Source: an uncultured Phycisphaeraceae bacterium
GTDB taxonomy: Bacteria; Planctomycetota; Phycisphaerae; UBA1845
Reading direction: 5' to 3'
Length of the DNA: 64,000 bases
Assembly: GCA_964494205.1 (NCBI GenBank)
Contig: CAZBRD010000012.1
Location: forward strand, 49,086 to 113,085
Each line of letters starts with the position of its first letter. Position 1 is the first letter of the stretch. Under the pieces are notes generated by a model, which had not been told where the DNA came from, ran no database searches, and worked only from the letters and a program-made list of their open reading frames with translations. This document shows positions 15,911 to 26,451 of this stretch, piece after piece. The translations under genes were made by a program, and so were the position numbers.

Positions 15911-18900
15911 CTAACCCGTAATCGTTTCCATCACTCGTTCTGTCGACGGCCCCGGTTTTCTTTCAGAGCTTCGCTCTTCCATTTCACCGACCATGCTGAC
16001 GCGCTCCGGCTTGAAATAGTCCCGAATCTCCAGCACCGAGCACATCACGCACGGCACCAGCACGAACGTACCCAGCGTCGAAACAATCATGCCGCCGAGG
16101 ATGACTGCAGCTAGTCCGCGATAAAGCTCGCTGCCGGAGCCCGGCATGAGAGCGAGGGGCAGCAACCCGAACACGCTGGTCAAACTCGTCATGCACACCG
16201 GTCGAACACGGACGCGGACAGCCTCGCGGATCGAATCGCGAATCGGCATGTTGTGCTCGCGCAGATACACCAGCGATTGCTCGACGAGCAGAATCGCGTT
16301 CTTCACTACGAGTCCGACGAGCATGATGAACCCGAGGAACGTAAGCACGTCGAGCTGCTGCACCGGCTGATGCGTGCTCATCATGGTGCCCCAGTGCGCA
16401 AGCGACAAACCGAAAAACCCGCCGAATATCGCGAGCGGTACGCTGAACATGATCACAAACGGATAGACCCAGCTCTCGTACAGCGCGCACATCAGGAGGT
16501 ACACGATGATGACAGAGAGGAAAAAACGACCGCTGATGATGTTCGTGAGACTTTCGGTAGTCCAACCTTTCCAAGCGCCCACCAGAGAGTTTCGTGCAGC
16601 AACGAGCTTATCCGCGTTGCCGGTCAGCGACACGAGAACACTGGCGTCGATGGCGCCATTGGCACGCAGTTGCGGTTCGATCTCGTCCTTGATCTGGCGA
16701 ATGACGGCCTCCAGCGCCATCGATTCCGGCGGTTTGATCTCCAGAGTCACTGCGCGCTGGCGCTCGATGTGGTTGATCTGTTCCAGCGACGTAGTGCCAA
16801 CCAGTGACACCGCCGCAGAAAGCGGTACCACGCGTCCCGCGGGCGAATAAATCGGCAACTGAGCGATCTCCTGCGTGGGGCGATCCTTCTGGTCTTTCAT
16901 GAACAATGAAATGTCGATCGTATCGCCGCCCTTTTGCCGAAAATCGCCGACGAACGCACCGTCCACACAGGCTTCAACGATCAACCCGACATCCGTCACG
17001 TCGAGGCCCAAGTCCGCCGCCCTCTCCCGGTCAATTAGGATGCGAGTCTCAGGTCGCCCGAGCGCAAAATTCCCGGGGATCGCGCGCGGATAACCGGAGA
17101 ATCGCTTCATGCACTCGCCCTGCATGGCCAACGCCGCGGCGGTCACCTTCTCCAGATCATCACCGCGAATCTGAATCTCAGCGGTATTGCCGCCGCCGAA
17201 GGAGAAGAGCTGCGTCTGTTGGAAAAAAGAAAACGTTCCGGGAATGAGTTGGCCTGCGGTCTCCAGCAACCGCACCAGCGGCTCAACACTCGCCGGGTCT
17301 CTGCTTGAGCAGCCCATGAAACATCCGCCGTCGAATGAGACGAAAAAGAAGTTGTCGATGAGCGGCGGTGGCGTGAGCCATTCGCGCTTCGCGCGACTGC
17401 GCTCTAGTGACGAAAGTTTCTTGTTGTTTAGTTCCTGAATCGCGTTTGCGGCGAGTTTCGCCTCGACTTGCTCGATCCATTTTCGATCAAGTTGTTTGTG
17501 CTCCGGCGAGCCTGGCTCGGCTTCCCAGTACGGCGCGACTACTTTCTCAATAATATTTCCCATGCGGCCGAACTCGTCGAGGCTGTAGCCGGGCGGAGTA
17601 ATCAGGAAACCAAATACGAGATTTCGATTTCCAGCGGGAAGGTAGGTCGCATCGGGCACCAGCAATCGTGCCATTGCGAGCGAACCGAAAGTCATCCCCA
17701 GAATCACGAGAGCGCGTCCCATGCGCGTGCCATTGATACGATCCACCAGCGAAGCAATGAGCCCCGCAAACCACATCACGATGTCTTTCCGCTCGCCTTG
17801 CGTTGTCGCATTTTTCTTTGTGAGTGGCTGGTCTTCGGTTGGAAACTTGAACTTGGCCTTGTCGCGCCCGAGCAATCGCACCGCCAGCGGCGGGACCACC
17901 GTCACAGCCACGATCATCGACAAGCCAACGGCTGCAACCTCGGCGATGCTGATATCACGGAACAGCTGCCCCGCTTCTTCCTGGATGAAGATGACAGGCA
18001 GGAACACAGCCATCGTGGTCAGCGTGCTGGCCAACACAGCGCCCCAGACTTCGCGCGTGCCGTCCAGAACTGATGTGCGCGCGTCCTTTCCCATTTGCCG
18101 ATGGCGGAAGATGTTTTCAAGCACGACATAAGCACTATCGACAACGTCACCCACCGCGAACGCGATGCCCGCCAGCGAGATGACATTCAGCGTTCGGCCC
18201 AGCGCGACGATAATCAGAAAAGTGCCAATGACTGACACCGGAATCGACAAAGCCAGCACAGCCGTGGCGCGCCAGCTCCGCAGGAACACCAGCAGCAATC
18301 CCAACACCAGAGCACTGCCGAACGTGATGTTTGATCGCACCATCTCGATCGCCTGGCGGATGTAGACCGTCTCGTCATACACCTGCACAAGTTCGACGTG
18401 CATGCCGCGCGCCTTCAGCACGTCTTCGTTGACGCGGGCGATGGCTACCTTCAGGTTGTCCATTACGGTTACGACGTTCGCGCCAACCTCGCGCCGAACG
18501 GGAAATGCCAGCACGTATTGGCCTTTGCTGCGAACGAACCCTTCCGGGTCTTTGAAGCTTAGCTCTACCTCAGCCACATCGCGCACATAAACCGGCCCGC
18601 CCGAAGTGTAGGCGACCACAGTACTGAGAATGTCCTGCTCGTTTTCGTATTGGCCGACCGTGCGAATGGCGTAGTCGCGCTTTCCCTGCCAGCGCGTGCC
18701 TGCTGAGATGTTCTCATTCTGTCGCCGGAGCGCGTCGCGCACCTGACTCAGCGTCAGCCCGCGCGAGGCAAGCTTCCCCGCGTCGACGCGCACCTGCATT
18801 TCGCGTTCGAGTCCGCCGTAAATGTCCGTCGAAGCCACACCATCCACGCGGTCGAGGTAGGGCTGCACGAAGTCCTCAACAAAGTCGCGCAGCTTGCGGA

Positions 18901-19363
18901 TTTCCTGATCGTTGGGGTCTTTGGTATCGGAAAACAGAATGAGCCACGCCATCGGGTTGTCGACCGACGCGTCGGCGGCTGCCACTGTCGGCTCATCCAC
19001 TTCGATCGGATAACCAGTGACCTGACGGAGCTTGTCGCTCACGTCGCGGAGTGCTTCGTTCTTGTCCATGCCCGGACTGAATTCGAGCACGACCTTGGCC
19101 GCATTGTCGCGCGACTCGCTGGTCATCTTCTGCAGCGACTTCACGCTGCGCAGAAACTCTTCCTGCCGGTCTACGATCTCGCGCTCAATCTCCTGCGGAT
19201 TCGCACCGGCCCAGCGTGTGGAGACAGTGATGATCGGTGTATCTACGTTCGGCGTGAGTTGGACTGGGATCGCAAGCAGCGACAACAGGCCGAACATGAC
19301 CACGAGAATCACGCCGACCGAGACGGTCACAGGATGATCGAGACAGTAGCGGATGAAATTCAT
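15911..19363 (-). CDS. RND efflux transporter permease (AcrB/CzcA superfamily)
   Basis: 1150 aa with 12-TM RND architecture. N-terminal FIRYCLDHPVTV...; the gene lies just downstream of the adaptor gene. Confidence 0.9.
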   Translation of the reverse strand: MNFIRYCLDHPVTVSVGVILVVMFGLLSLLAIPVQLTPNVDTPIITVSTRWAGANPQEIEREIVDRQEEFLRSVKSLQKMTSESRDNAAKVVLEFSPGMDKNEALRDVSDKLRQVTGYPIEVDEPTVAAADASVDNPMAWLILFSDTKDPNDQEIRKLRDFVEDFVQPYLDRVDGVASTDIYGGLEREMQVRVDAGKLASRGLTLSQVRDALRRQNENISAGTRWQGKRDYAIRTVGQYENEQDILSTVVAYTSGGPVYVRDVAEVELSFKDPEGFVRSKGQYVLAFPVRREVGANVVTVMDNLKVAIARVNEDVLKARGMHVELVQVYDETVYIRQAIEMVRSNITFGSALVLGLLLVFLRSWRATAVLALSIPVSVIGTFLIIVALGRTLNVISLAGIAFAVGDVVDSAYVVLENIFRHRQMGKDARTSVLDGTREVWGAVLASTLTTMAVFLPVIFIQEEAGQLFRDISIAEVAAVGLSMIVAVTVVPPLAVRLLGRDKAKFKFPTEDQPLTKKNATTQGERKDIVMWFAGLIASLVDRINGTRMGRALVILGMTFGSLAMARLLVPDATYLPAGNRNLVFGFLITPPGYSLDEFGRMGNIIEKVVAPYWEAEPGSPEHKQLDRKWIEQVEAKLAANAIQELNNKKLSSLERSRAKREWLTPPPLIDNFFFVSFDGGCFMGCSSRDPASVEPLVRLLETAGQLIPGTFSFFQQTQLFSFGGGNTAEIQIRGDDLEKVTAAALAMQGECMKRFSGYPRAIPGNFALGRPETRILIDRERAADLGLDVTDVGLIVEACVDGAFVGDFRQKGGDTIDISLFMKDQKDRPTQEIAQLPIYSPAGRVVPLSAAVSLVGTTSLEQINHIERQRAVTLEIKPPESMALEAVIRQIKDEIEPQLRANGAIDASVLVSLTGNADKLVAARNSLVGAWKGWTTESLTNIISGRFFLSVIIVYLLMCALYESWVYPFVIMFSVPLAIFGGFFGLSLAHWGTMMSTHQPVQQLDVLTFLGFIMLVGLVVKNAILLVEQSLVYLREHNMPIRDSIREAVRVRVRPVCMTSLTSVFGLLPLALMPGSGSELYRGLAAVILGGMIVSTLGTFVLVPCVMCSVLEIRDYFKPERVSMVGEMEERSSERKPGPSTERVMETITG

Positions 19364-19409
19364 GAAATCAGGTCACCAGTGCCTGCATACTCAAGTAAGG
19401 AAAAACAAA

Positions 19410-20714
19410 TTAAGGCGAGTTTGATTCGGCTGTACGTGTCACACCAGTGCTGCTCGTATCGGCCTTTGTGTTCGACACCATTGGACTGGCGATCACAGGT
19501 GTGGGCCCGAAGAGTCGCTCGTTCGCGCGGCAAACTGCACTATCGCCGCCGTTGAGACCTGCCCCGCTGATCTCGATTTCGTTTCCCAGTTCCAGACCAG
19601 TCGTCACCGATACGGGCATCGCAGTGCTGGCGCCTTTGTCATCCGTTCGAATCACGAACACCTGCGCCCCAAACGCACCCATCGTCACGGCGTCTTTGTG
19701 GACCATCAGACGCTTGCCGCTCGGGCCGTTCGGTACGTGTGCCCAAACGAACATGCCGGGCAACAGTTTGTGCTCGGCGTTCTTCAATTCAATTTCGATG
19801 GGGAACGTGCGAGCACCCGCACTTGCTTGGGGGATCACGCGTTTGATCGGTGCCGCGAAACGCGAATGCATTGCTTCGACCTCGATGGAGGCTGGTGCAT
19901 CAGGCTTGGCAAAAGAGATCGCACTCTCGGGTACGTCAGCACGAACGCGAACCGTCTCGATGCCGACCATCACAACGACCGCCCCGCCCTCCTCGATCCA
20001 CTCACCAACTTCACTGCGCTTATCAACGATGAACCCATCAAACGGCGCGCGAACTTCCGTCTTTTCGAAACCATGCTTGAGGCGCGCGACGGTCGCTTCC
20101 TGACCGGCGACGTCAGCCCGTGCTTGTGAGATCACCTCGGCCCGCGTTCCGTTCTCTGCCAATTCGAGCGAAGCCTTTGCCTGTTCGAGTCGCCGCCTCG
20201 ATGCCGTGTATTCCATTTCGGTGTTGTGGCGTTCGGTGGGGTTCCCCATGTTGCGCTCAAACAGGTCCTGCATGCGCTTGTATTCGAATTCCCAGCGGTC
20301 GTACCAGGCTTGTGCTTCCTGCAACGACGCCTTCAACCGTCGCAATTCTTCAGGCCGAGTCCCGTTCTCGTATTCTTTCAACTTCTGTCGCAGATTCTCC
20401 AGCTGCGCTTCGGCGCCAGTGAGCCAGAACTTGGCCACCGTGCCGTCGAGTTTGCAAATGACGTCACCCTTTTTCAGAAAATCACCGGCTTCGGCATCAA
20501 ATAATGTGATAGGACCCGCAACTTCGGACGCGATCACCGAATGCTTATCTGGCAGCACGGTACCCACGAGCTTGATGGTGGCTGGGACGTCGCGCTCGGT
20601 GATCGGGCACGAACTTACCGGCGTGGGCCCGAAGCCCTGAGCGGAAACCAAGCGTGCGTAGGCAAGGAAAAGAACGGCGGTAGTAATTTCTTTGATTCTA
20701 TAGGTTCGCGGCAC
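19410..20714 (-). CDS. RND efflux periplasmic adaptor (HlyD/MFP family)
   Basis: Signal anchor, coiled-coil hairpin region and beta-barrel segments. Directly upstream of the RND permease. Confidence 0.85.
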   Translation of the reverse strand: MPRTYRIKEITTAVLFLAYARLVSAQGFGPTPVSSCPITERDVPATIKLVGTVLPDKHSVIASEVAGPITLFDAEAGDFLKKGDVICKLDGTVAKFWLTGAEAQLENLRQKLKEYENGTRPEELRRLKASLQEAQAWYDRWEFEYKRMQDLFERNMGNPTERHNTEMEYTASRRRLEQAKASLELAENGTRAEVISQARADVAGQEATVARLKHGFEKTEVRAPFDGFIVDKRSEVGEWIEEGGAVVVMVGIETVRVRADVPESAISFAKPDAPASIEVEAMHSRFAAPIKRVIPQASAGARTFPIEIELKNAEHKLLPGMFVWAHVPNGPSGKRLMVHKDAVTMGAFGAQVFVIRTDDKGASTAMPVSVTTGLELGNEIEISGAGLNGGDSAVCRANERLFGPTPVIASPMVSNTKADTSSTGVTRTAESNSP

Positions 20715-20847
20715 AATTCACTCCGACTGGCAATTACTTACCCCATTGTTTCGGGGTAATTCTACCCGCCGGGTATACATGCAACAAATCACGCGCGCGT
20801 CAGATCGGCGCTTTGAGCAGCACGAGCCTTTATATGATGAAGTGTGG

Positions 20848-22053
20848 TTAAGAATTGATTTCCACGCCGACCAGCGTGATGTCGTCTTTCGGCGCTAGCG
20901 AGCCCGCCTGCTCGTCGAAGGTCACTTCGAGTCGTCGGAACATGTCATGTATCGAGATCGGGCCGAACCCTTCGAACAGACTCGCGAAATCGAGCGTTGA
21001 ATCGGCGCGCTTGGCTTGCTCTTCGAGCGCGAGTTCAATGCCGTCTGAATACAGAATGATTTTGTCACCCGGATGTAACTGGGCCTCGAACGTCGGGAAG
21101 GTTTCGTCGTTGAACAAGCCGAGCAGTCCGCCCTGCGTGCGAAGCTCACTCGCACCATCGTCGCGTGAAACCAGCACCGGATACGGATGACCACCGCGAG
21201 CGTATGTAAATTGCAACGTCTTGTGATTGATCACCGCATAGCACGCGGTCACAAACTGACAGTTTGGTAGCGACTGCTCAGCCAGCACTTCGTTCAATCG
21301 CGCGATCACGTCACATGGTGAAACCACGATCGTGCGATCGCCCTGAATGAGCTTGGGCACGATCGCCCGCTTGATGAACATGGTGAGCAAGCTGGCTGAC
21401 ACTCCATGACCCACGGCATCTGCCACGTAAAACCCGGTGTGATTCTCATCGATGCGAATGATGTCGTAGATGTCACCTGAAACCCAGGTGGCAGGCCGGA
21501 AGATCGTCGCAAAACTCAAGGGGCCGATCGGCTCGCGAACCTTTGGAAGAAAGTCTCGCTGCAACCGCGCAGCCAGTCGCATCTCTTCATCTACTTCACG
21601 GAAGTGCTCATTCAAACGCTGGCTCAAGCGCTCCATGTTGCGAAGCTCCTGCTCCATGCGGCGCACGAATCCGTGGTAGCGCTCTATCGTTACCAAGCGT
21701 CCGCGAAGTTCATCCGGCGACACGTTGCGACCAACGATGTCCACCAGTGATCCGTTCGAGCGCGAGCCATCGGAGTCGCGATGCGATACAACAACGCCCG
21801 CGATGCGTTGCCCGTCGATCAATCGCAGCAGGCGCAAGAACTCGGCTTGCGAGGTGGGATCGGTTCGCGAGTTGGCGGGCTCGCTCACGATGACTGCGTC
21901 GACGTTTCCCCCGCGCGCGGTTTCGATGGCTGCCCGATAATCGCCCGTCGACGTGACCGACCAGCCGAAATCACCCAACAGATCGCTTGTTCCGAAAGGA
22001 AGTTCCTGACCCGGCGGATTGACGACCAAGACCTGCATACAAAGTCCCAGCAC
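20848..22053 (-). CDS. PP2C/SpoIIE-family Ser/Thr phosphatase with an N-terminal receiver-like domain
   Basis: N-terminal CheY-like fold (QVLVVNPP...VDAVIVSEP). C-terminal RsbU/SpoIIE motifs (ARLQRDFLP, GDIYD, ADAVGHG). ATG at 22038 is an alternative start. Confidence 0.8.
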   Translation of the reverse strand: MLGLCMQVLVVNPPGQELPFGTSDLLGDFGWSVTSTGDYRAAIETARGGNVDAVIVSEPANSRTDPTSQAEFLRLLRLIDGQRIAGVVVSHRDSDGSRSNGSLVDIVGRNVSPDELRGRLVTIERYHGFVRRMEQELRNMERLSQRLNEHFREVDEEMRLAARLQRDFLPKVREPIGPLSFATIFRPATWVSGDIYDIIRIDENHTGFYVADAVGHGVSASLLTMFIKRAIVPKLIQGDRTIVVSPCDVIARLNEVLAEQSLPNCQFVTACYAVINHKTLQFTYARGGHPYPVLVSRDDGASELRTQGGLLGLFNDETFPTFEAQLHPGDKIILYSDGIELALEEQAKRADSTLDFASLFEGFGPISIHDMFRRLEVTFDEQAGSLAPKDDITLVGVEINS

Positions 22054-22153
22054 CCGCCGTCCACAGTTTGAAGAAGGACCCGGTGCGCGAGCAGAAAATG
22101 AGCCTGCGCGGCAAGCGATTTCTCAGTTATCCGCTGGTGGGAACGTCGACGAC

Positions 22154-22660
22154 TTAGGGCCGGCGCTTTAGGACAGTGTCGGGTATCTCAATCTTATCGC
22201 CCTTCTTCAGACCAAGGTCCGCGAATCGATTGGCGTTGAGTTCAATCGTGTAGCGATAAGGACTGGTGGCTGGGTACTGATTCGGACGGTCATCGAGGGC
22301 TGCCATGGTGTGCGTGGTGACCACCGTGCCGTTGGAAGATATGTATGCGATATCCAGCGGGATGATCGTGTTCTTCATCCAGAAGCTGCCGGTCTCATCG
22401 TGCGGGAAAATGAAGATCATGCCGCGCTCAGTGCCGTCGGGCAGCGGAGCCATCTGCTCAGCCGTGACGAACATGAGGCCCTTGAGGCGCTCGTCGTTGC
22501 TGTCGGCGATCCACAGCTGAACTTGTCTGCCTTTGATCGTGAGATTGACCGTGCCGAGTTTGTCGAGCTCGTTGGGCTCCGTCGGCGCACAGCCATCGAT
22601 AAATGCTGTCAGTCCAAACAACGTCAGGGCCGCTCCCATCAGGTGAATCGAGCGTTTCAT
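22154..22660 (-). CDS. DUF192 domain protein (secreted)
   Basis: Signal peptide. DUF192-like GLMFV...GMIFIFP...FWMKNTIIPLDIAYI. Confidence 0.75.
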   Translation of the reverse strand: MKRSIHLMGAALTLFGLTAFIDGCAPTEPNELDKLGTVNLTIKGRQVQLWIADSNDERLKGLMFVTAEQMAPLPDGTERGMIFIFPHDETGSFWMKNTIIPLDIAYISSNGTVVTTHTMAALDDRPNQYPATSPYRYTIELNANRFADLGLKKGDKIEIPDTVLKRRP

Positions 22661-22661
22661 G

Positions 22662-23036
22662 TCATTCTTCCGATTCTCGCGATCGGTCGATCGGCGTCCC
22701 GTCGAGGTCAGCCTCCCCGGCCCGCCACCGCGCGATCGTCGCCCGCGTGTACAACAGATCCTTGAGGGCCAATGCGCACAACCAAAGTACCAGAAGGAGG
22801 ATGGTTATCCAATAGAGGATGAAAGTCCGCGGGGAAGCTTCCGCGTTCAACCGGCTGATGCCCACGATGTACATCACCGCGATCAGCAGACAAATGGCTG
22901 CCCCGACCCGTCGCCACGGGCGATAGCCGCCGATGGAGAAGGCCTTGGTTTTGGAATCGGGAGCGGGTTTGGCGAGGTAGACGAGAGAGATGATGACGGC
23001 GATGAGCAGGACGACGATGGGCAGGATGAGGCTCAT
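22662..23036 (-). CDS. Small integral membrane protein (3 TM), hypothetical
   Basis: Three hydrophobic helices. Its stop abuts the DUF192 start, so an operon is likely. Confidence 0.5.
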   Translation of the reverse strand: MSLILPIVVLLIAVIISLVYLAKPAPDSKTKAFSIGGYRPWRRVGAAICLLIAVMYIVGISRLNAEASPRTFILYWITILLLVLWLCALALKDLLYTRATIARWRAGEADLDGTPIDRSRESEE

Positions 23037-23103
23037 TACCTAAGGATAGCCATCTGGTGAACGGGAGGCGAATTGGGGGAATCCGGGCCGATGTTTACAG
23101 TGA

Positions 23104-23224
23104 ACCTTGAGGCCGTGCGGCTGTGGTTTGAAATGGCTAATGGCTACGCGGTGAAAAATTACTGCTAAGTAGTGACACGTTGTGGCACTTTGCGAATTAC
23201 AAATTACGAATGACGAATTACAAA
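23104..23224. repeat. Composite repeat D2 (modules 1-2-3')
   Basis: CCTTGAGGCCGTGCGGCTGTGGTTTGAAATGGCTAATGGC ... GTAGTGACACGTTGTGGCAC ... GAATTACAAATTACGAATGACGAATTAC. Confidence 0.85.
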
Positions 23225-23475
23225 ACATAGGGTCGTTCCAGTTTTACGCAATGCAAAAGGTGCCAGCTAAGTTGTCGGGCACGCACGGACGGCCGGCGTG
23301 TCGTGACAATCTGAAGAACAACACCAGCGCTCGCAGGAAAGACGGCTCGCGCAAAGGCGCTAAGCCGCAAACGTTGTCTGAGCTATTGGCGGGTGCTTCC
23401 CAAGGGCGCGTGTAAAGCAGGCCTTGAAGTCGGGGGTTTTCGTGCTGCGGACTGAGTAGTCGGAAGACATGAGGA

Positions 23476-24804
23476 TCACGGGCACTGCCCGCATTTCAGT
23501 TGCTCCACCAGAACAACGCACGTATCGGTCCATTCCTCGGTGCAGCAGGACGGGAGTACATCGCACACGCACGAGGCAACCGTCGAATCGGAGCATCCCG
23601 GCGATTCGTGCGGCGTACAGCAGCCTTCAGCTGCGTTCAGCGGAACAGGAAATGTATTCTGAAACAGCGTGAAGTCACGCAAGTCCACTGTGCGGTCGTG
23701 TCGCATGTCGAAAAATCGGCAGTTGCAGAGTCGATCCTGAGCGACTGGGCCCGTCAGACATTCCGGGATGGTGGAAAAATCGTCGAGGCCGACGTCACCG
23801 TCGTTGTCGATATCGCCGCTGCGGATGCGGCGCAACATGCGAATGCCACCGGGGGTGATCTGGCCGCCATCGTTGATGTTGGCCTGCCAGTGCCAAGTAC
23901 ACTCACCCCCTTCGTTGATGTCGCCGTCGGCGTTCCATACCGCATCGTCAGTAAGCCGATAGAATTCTTCATTCTTATACACCCAGCTTTGCCAGGCTTC
24001 CACGTCCTGATGAAATCGAATGAAATAAATGTCGCCGTGATCGTTAATACTCGGATTGTCGCCCCAGTCGGTCAGAACAGTTACGGCGCCGTTTTGCCAC
24101 AACTCAATCCCAGTCGTCGTCATCCATGCGACCACACCAAGATTGTTGATCGAGGCCCCTTGCGTTTCGCTATTCGTCGTGGGCAATGTGTCTATGGTGC
24201 CGTCTATGCTTGCGTGAATTTCAGAAGTCCAGGGCGAAACACAAAAGTCATAACTCGTCCAAACAAGGTCATCATGATCATTGATCACAGGGCTTTGATT
24301 AGACCTGCCATCAAATGTAATTGGGTACGATTGGTTGCCGTCAAAGTAGTAGACATCCGATTCGGCGGCGCAAGATTCCACATGAACATGATACCAAGTG
24401 ACGTGCCCGGCGGAGTTAATTCGCGGCCAACCTCCCGTGCCCATCGCTATCGTATCGACGATCCCGTTTTCCAGACGAAAAATATCATAATCGTTGGGTA
24501 CACCATTCATCCATACGATCGTCCCAGAGTCATTGATATCCGGAAAGAGGTCGCGCAGCGGACTATGCGTTAATTGTGTTAATAGTCCATTATCGTATTT
24601 ATAAACCTCACCAGTTCCAGCCGGAGGCCATCCGGCGGACCATACGATTTCACCACAGATGTTCATGTGTGGAGGGCTGAACAGCGTATCGGCGCTGGTT
24701 ATTTCGATGACTTCATAACCGACGGGGATTTCCGCAAACAGAGCTTCTTCCGCGGCAGCTTGGATCCCAAGGAAGATGATGAGCAAGGGCAGGTAGTTTT
24801 GCAT
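23476..24804 (-). CDS. Secreted repeat protein: about 7 IN(D/N)xG-type repeats, a dockerin-like Ca-binding module and a C-terminal Cys-rich module
   Basis: Signal peptide. Repeats INDSGTIVW / INSAGHVTW / INDHDDLVW / INNLGVVAW / INDHGDIYF resemble HAF-type repeats. GDIDNDGDVGLDDF is dockerin/EF-hand-like. The last 50 aa hold 10 Cys. Confidence 0.6.
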   Translation of the reverse strand: MQNYLPLLIIFLGIQAAAEEALFAEIPVGYEVIEITSADTLFSPPHMNICGEIVWSAGWPPAGTGEVYKYDNGLLTQLTHSPLRDLFPDINDSGTIVWMNGVPNDYDIFRLENGIVDTIAMGTGGWPRINSAGHVTWYHVHVESCAAESDVYYFDGNQSYPITFDGRSNQSPVINDHDDLVWTSYDFCVSPWTSEIHASIDGTIDTLPTTNSETQGASINNLGVVAWMTTTGIELWQNGAVTVLTDWGDNPSINDHGDIYFIRFHQDVEAWQSWVYKNEEFYRLTDDAVWNADGDINEGGECTWHWQANINDGGQITPGGIRMLRRIRSGDIDNDGDVGLDDFSTIPECLTGPVAQDRLCNCRFFDMRHDRTVDLRDFTLFQNTFPVPLNAAEGCCTPHESPGCSDSTVASCVCDVLPSCCTEEWTDTCVVLVEQLKCGQCP

Positions 24805-24865
24805 GATCGTTACCAATCAACAGTGAGTCCGCCCGACACGTATGGTCGGGCGGACGTAACGGGCA

Positions 24866-25795
24866 CTAATTGTCAAAACTCGCCAAGGCAAGCGGGTGTA
24901 CCTCAATCGTTGGCGACGATCCCAATATAGACTGCATGGTGAGCTTACCAGTTGTGATGAAATCCTCTCTAACTCTGAACAAGCCTTTTTGTAATTTGAC
25001 CTGTCCATTTAGATCCGGGCAATCAGCCTGGATCTCAATCGTTGCATCCTCTTGCTGAGTCAACTCCCACAAACCGGAACCCTTTACCTCGTTGTTGACC
25101 ACGAGAATTCCCGCAGGTGTGATCGGCGCCGATGCAGCCCATACTCCTTTTGTTGCCGTCATGTACTCTCCTTCGAGTAGTAGCTCGCCGTTATCAGCTT
25201 CGACGCGACCGCTGTAATTGTGCAGACTTGCATCGATCAGCAATCGTCCGTGAACGAGCAAGCCGCTTACGTTCGGGATGCTGTGATTTGCTGCCGTCAG
25301 CGTGAGGATCGGGTAGGGAGAGCTGCCCGTCTTTGTAATTGCGGCCGATGGGTTCTGGCTCGAGTCGACCGGTGCGATGCCCTTGATTTCACCGCCGTCA
25401 CCCGTGATGGTCAGGTCCGCCGTAATGATCAGCCTGCCGCCTCGTGGGTATATATTGAGCGTTCCGTCGATCACGGAGTTCTGGCTTATCGTCAATTGCC
25501 GATCGAAGTCGATCGTTAAGATTCCGCGCGTTGTTTGCGTGGCCTCAATCGCGATGCTTTCTGCCACAGCCGTGTTGGGTGAGGCGTCGTCAATAAGCAC
25601 CGAGTATCCGGCGGGAATGCAGACGTGGTCAGTCGCAGTCGGCTCCGCTGCTGGGAACCAATTACCACCAGTCTGCCAAACACCGGTACTTGCGCCGTTG
25701 GTAAATGTCTTATCGCATGTTTGCGCAGCGCTCTTGTTCGCAGCAAAAACTAGCACTGCTAGCCCAAGCGCGCAAAGAGTAATTTTTGATTGCAT
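24866..25795 (-). CDS. Secreted hypothetical protein (beta-strand-repeat/adhesin-like)
   Basis: Signal peptide MQSKITLCALGLAVLVFAANKSAAQ. A W.TGGNW motif is followed by Gly/Thr/Ile-rich beta-type repeats. Confidence 0.55.
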   Translation of the reverse strand: MQSKITLCALGLAVLVFAANKSAAQTCDKTFTNGASTGVWQTGGNWFPAAEPTATDHVCIPAGYSVLIDDASPNTAVAESIAIEATQTTRGILTIDFDRQLTISQNSVIDGTLNIYPRGGRLIITADLTITGDGGEIKGIAPVDSSQNPSAAITKTGSSPYPILTLTAANHSIPNVSGLLVHGRLLIDASLHNYSGRVEADNGELLLEGEYMTATKGVWAASAPITPAGILVVNNEVKGSGLWELTQQEDATIEIQADCPDLNGQVKLQKGLFRVREDFITTGKLTMQSILGSSPTIEVHPLALASFDN

Positions 25796-25848
25796 ATCTC
25801 AAACTCCTTGAGAAGTATTCTCATTAGAAATGACCTAAATTCGGCTAT

Positions 25849-26271
25849 TCACGGTGTCGTAAGGACCTGAACACCCTCCGTAATCGAGAACGTCACCAAC
25901 GCTCCACCGACACCGCTGCTCTTGATGTATACTGAGTCGGCTGTCACGATGTTGCTCGTGCTCGAACTGTTGAAGACAACATTCAAATTGCCTGCAGCCC
26001 CACGGTTAATCGAAAGCAAATCGATTGGCACAGTCGGAACATCCACGTTGTAGGTTCCAGCAGCGTTAAACACCGCATCGTCAGTGGCGTCATCGGGGTA
26101 TTGTCCCGATGGGCAAGAAGGTTCTTCGCACACTCTCAAATCCCAATTCGATGGATTTGTCCACAACAAATCGGTGCCACCGCCTGTCCAAATGAAGATG
26201 TTACCAAAGGCCATCCCGCCCCCTGCCGCTACCATAAGTATAGCGAGCAGCTTTCTCTTCCTTGCAAACAT
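25849..26271 (-). CDS. Secreted hypothetical protein (140 aa)
   Basis: Signal peptide, then WTGGGTDLLWTNPSNW, the same N-terminal motif type as 24866-25795. Confidence 0.5.
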   Translation of the reverse strand: MFARKRKLLAILMVAAGGGMAFGNIFIWTGGGTDLLWTNPSNWDLRVCEEPSCPSGQYPDDATDDAVFNAAGTYNVDVPTVPIDLLSINRGAAGNLNVVFNSSSTSNIVTADSVYIKSSGVGGALVTFSITEGVQVLTTP

Positions 26272-26451
26272 AGTTCTCTCCTATTCAAAGACAGGAAATT
26301 CCAACCCGGGGTGCGAACACCGCACCTCGACTGGAACGACGTACTTCCCGCGCGTTACGCGGTTATTTCGAACGACTACACGTGAGGCCCCGACTTGGAT
26401 GGGCGTGCTTTTCACGCCCACCTTTCCTCACACCATGAAACGATAACCTAA

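Noticed and set aside
23251-23264. Minus-strand TGGCACCTTTTGCA upstream of the 22662-23036 membrane-protein gene, considered as a sigma-54 promoter.
   Set aside because: The spacer is two nucleotides too short (GG-N8-GC). It resembles the consensus by letters only.
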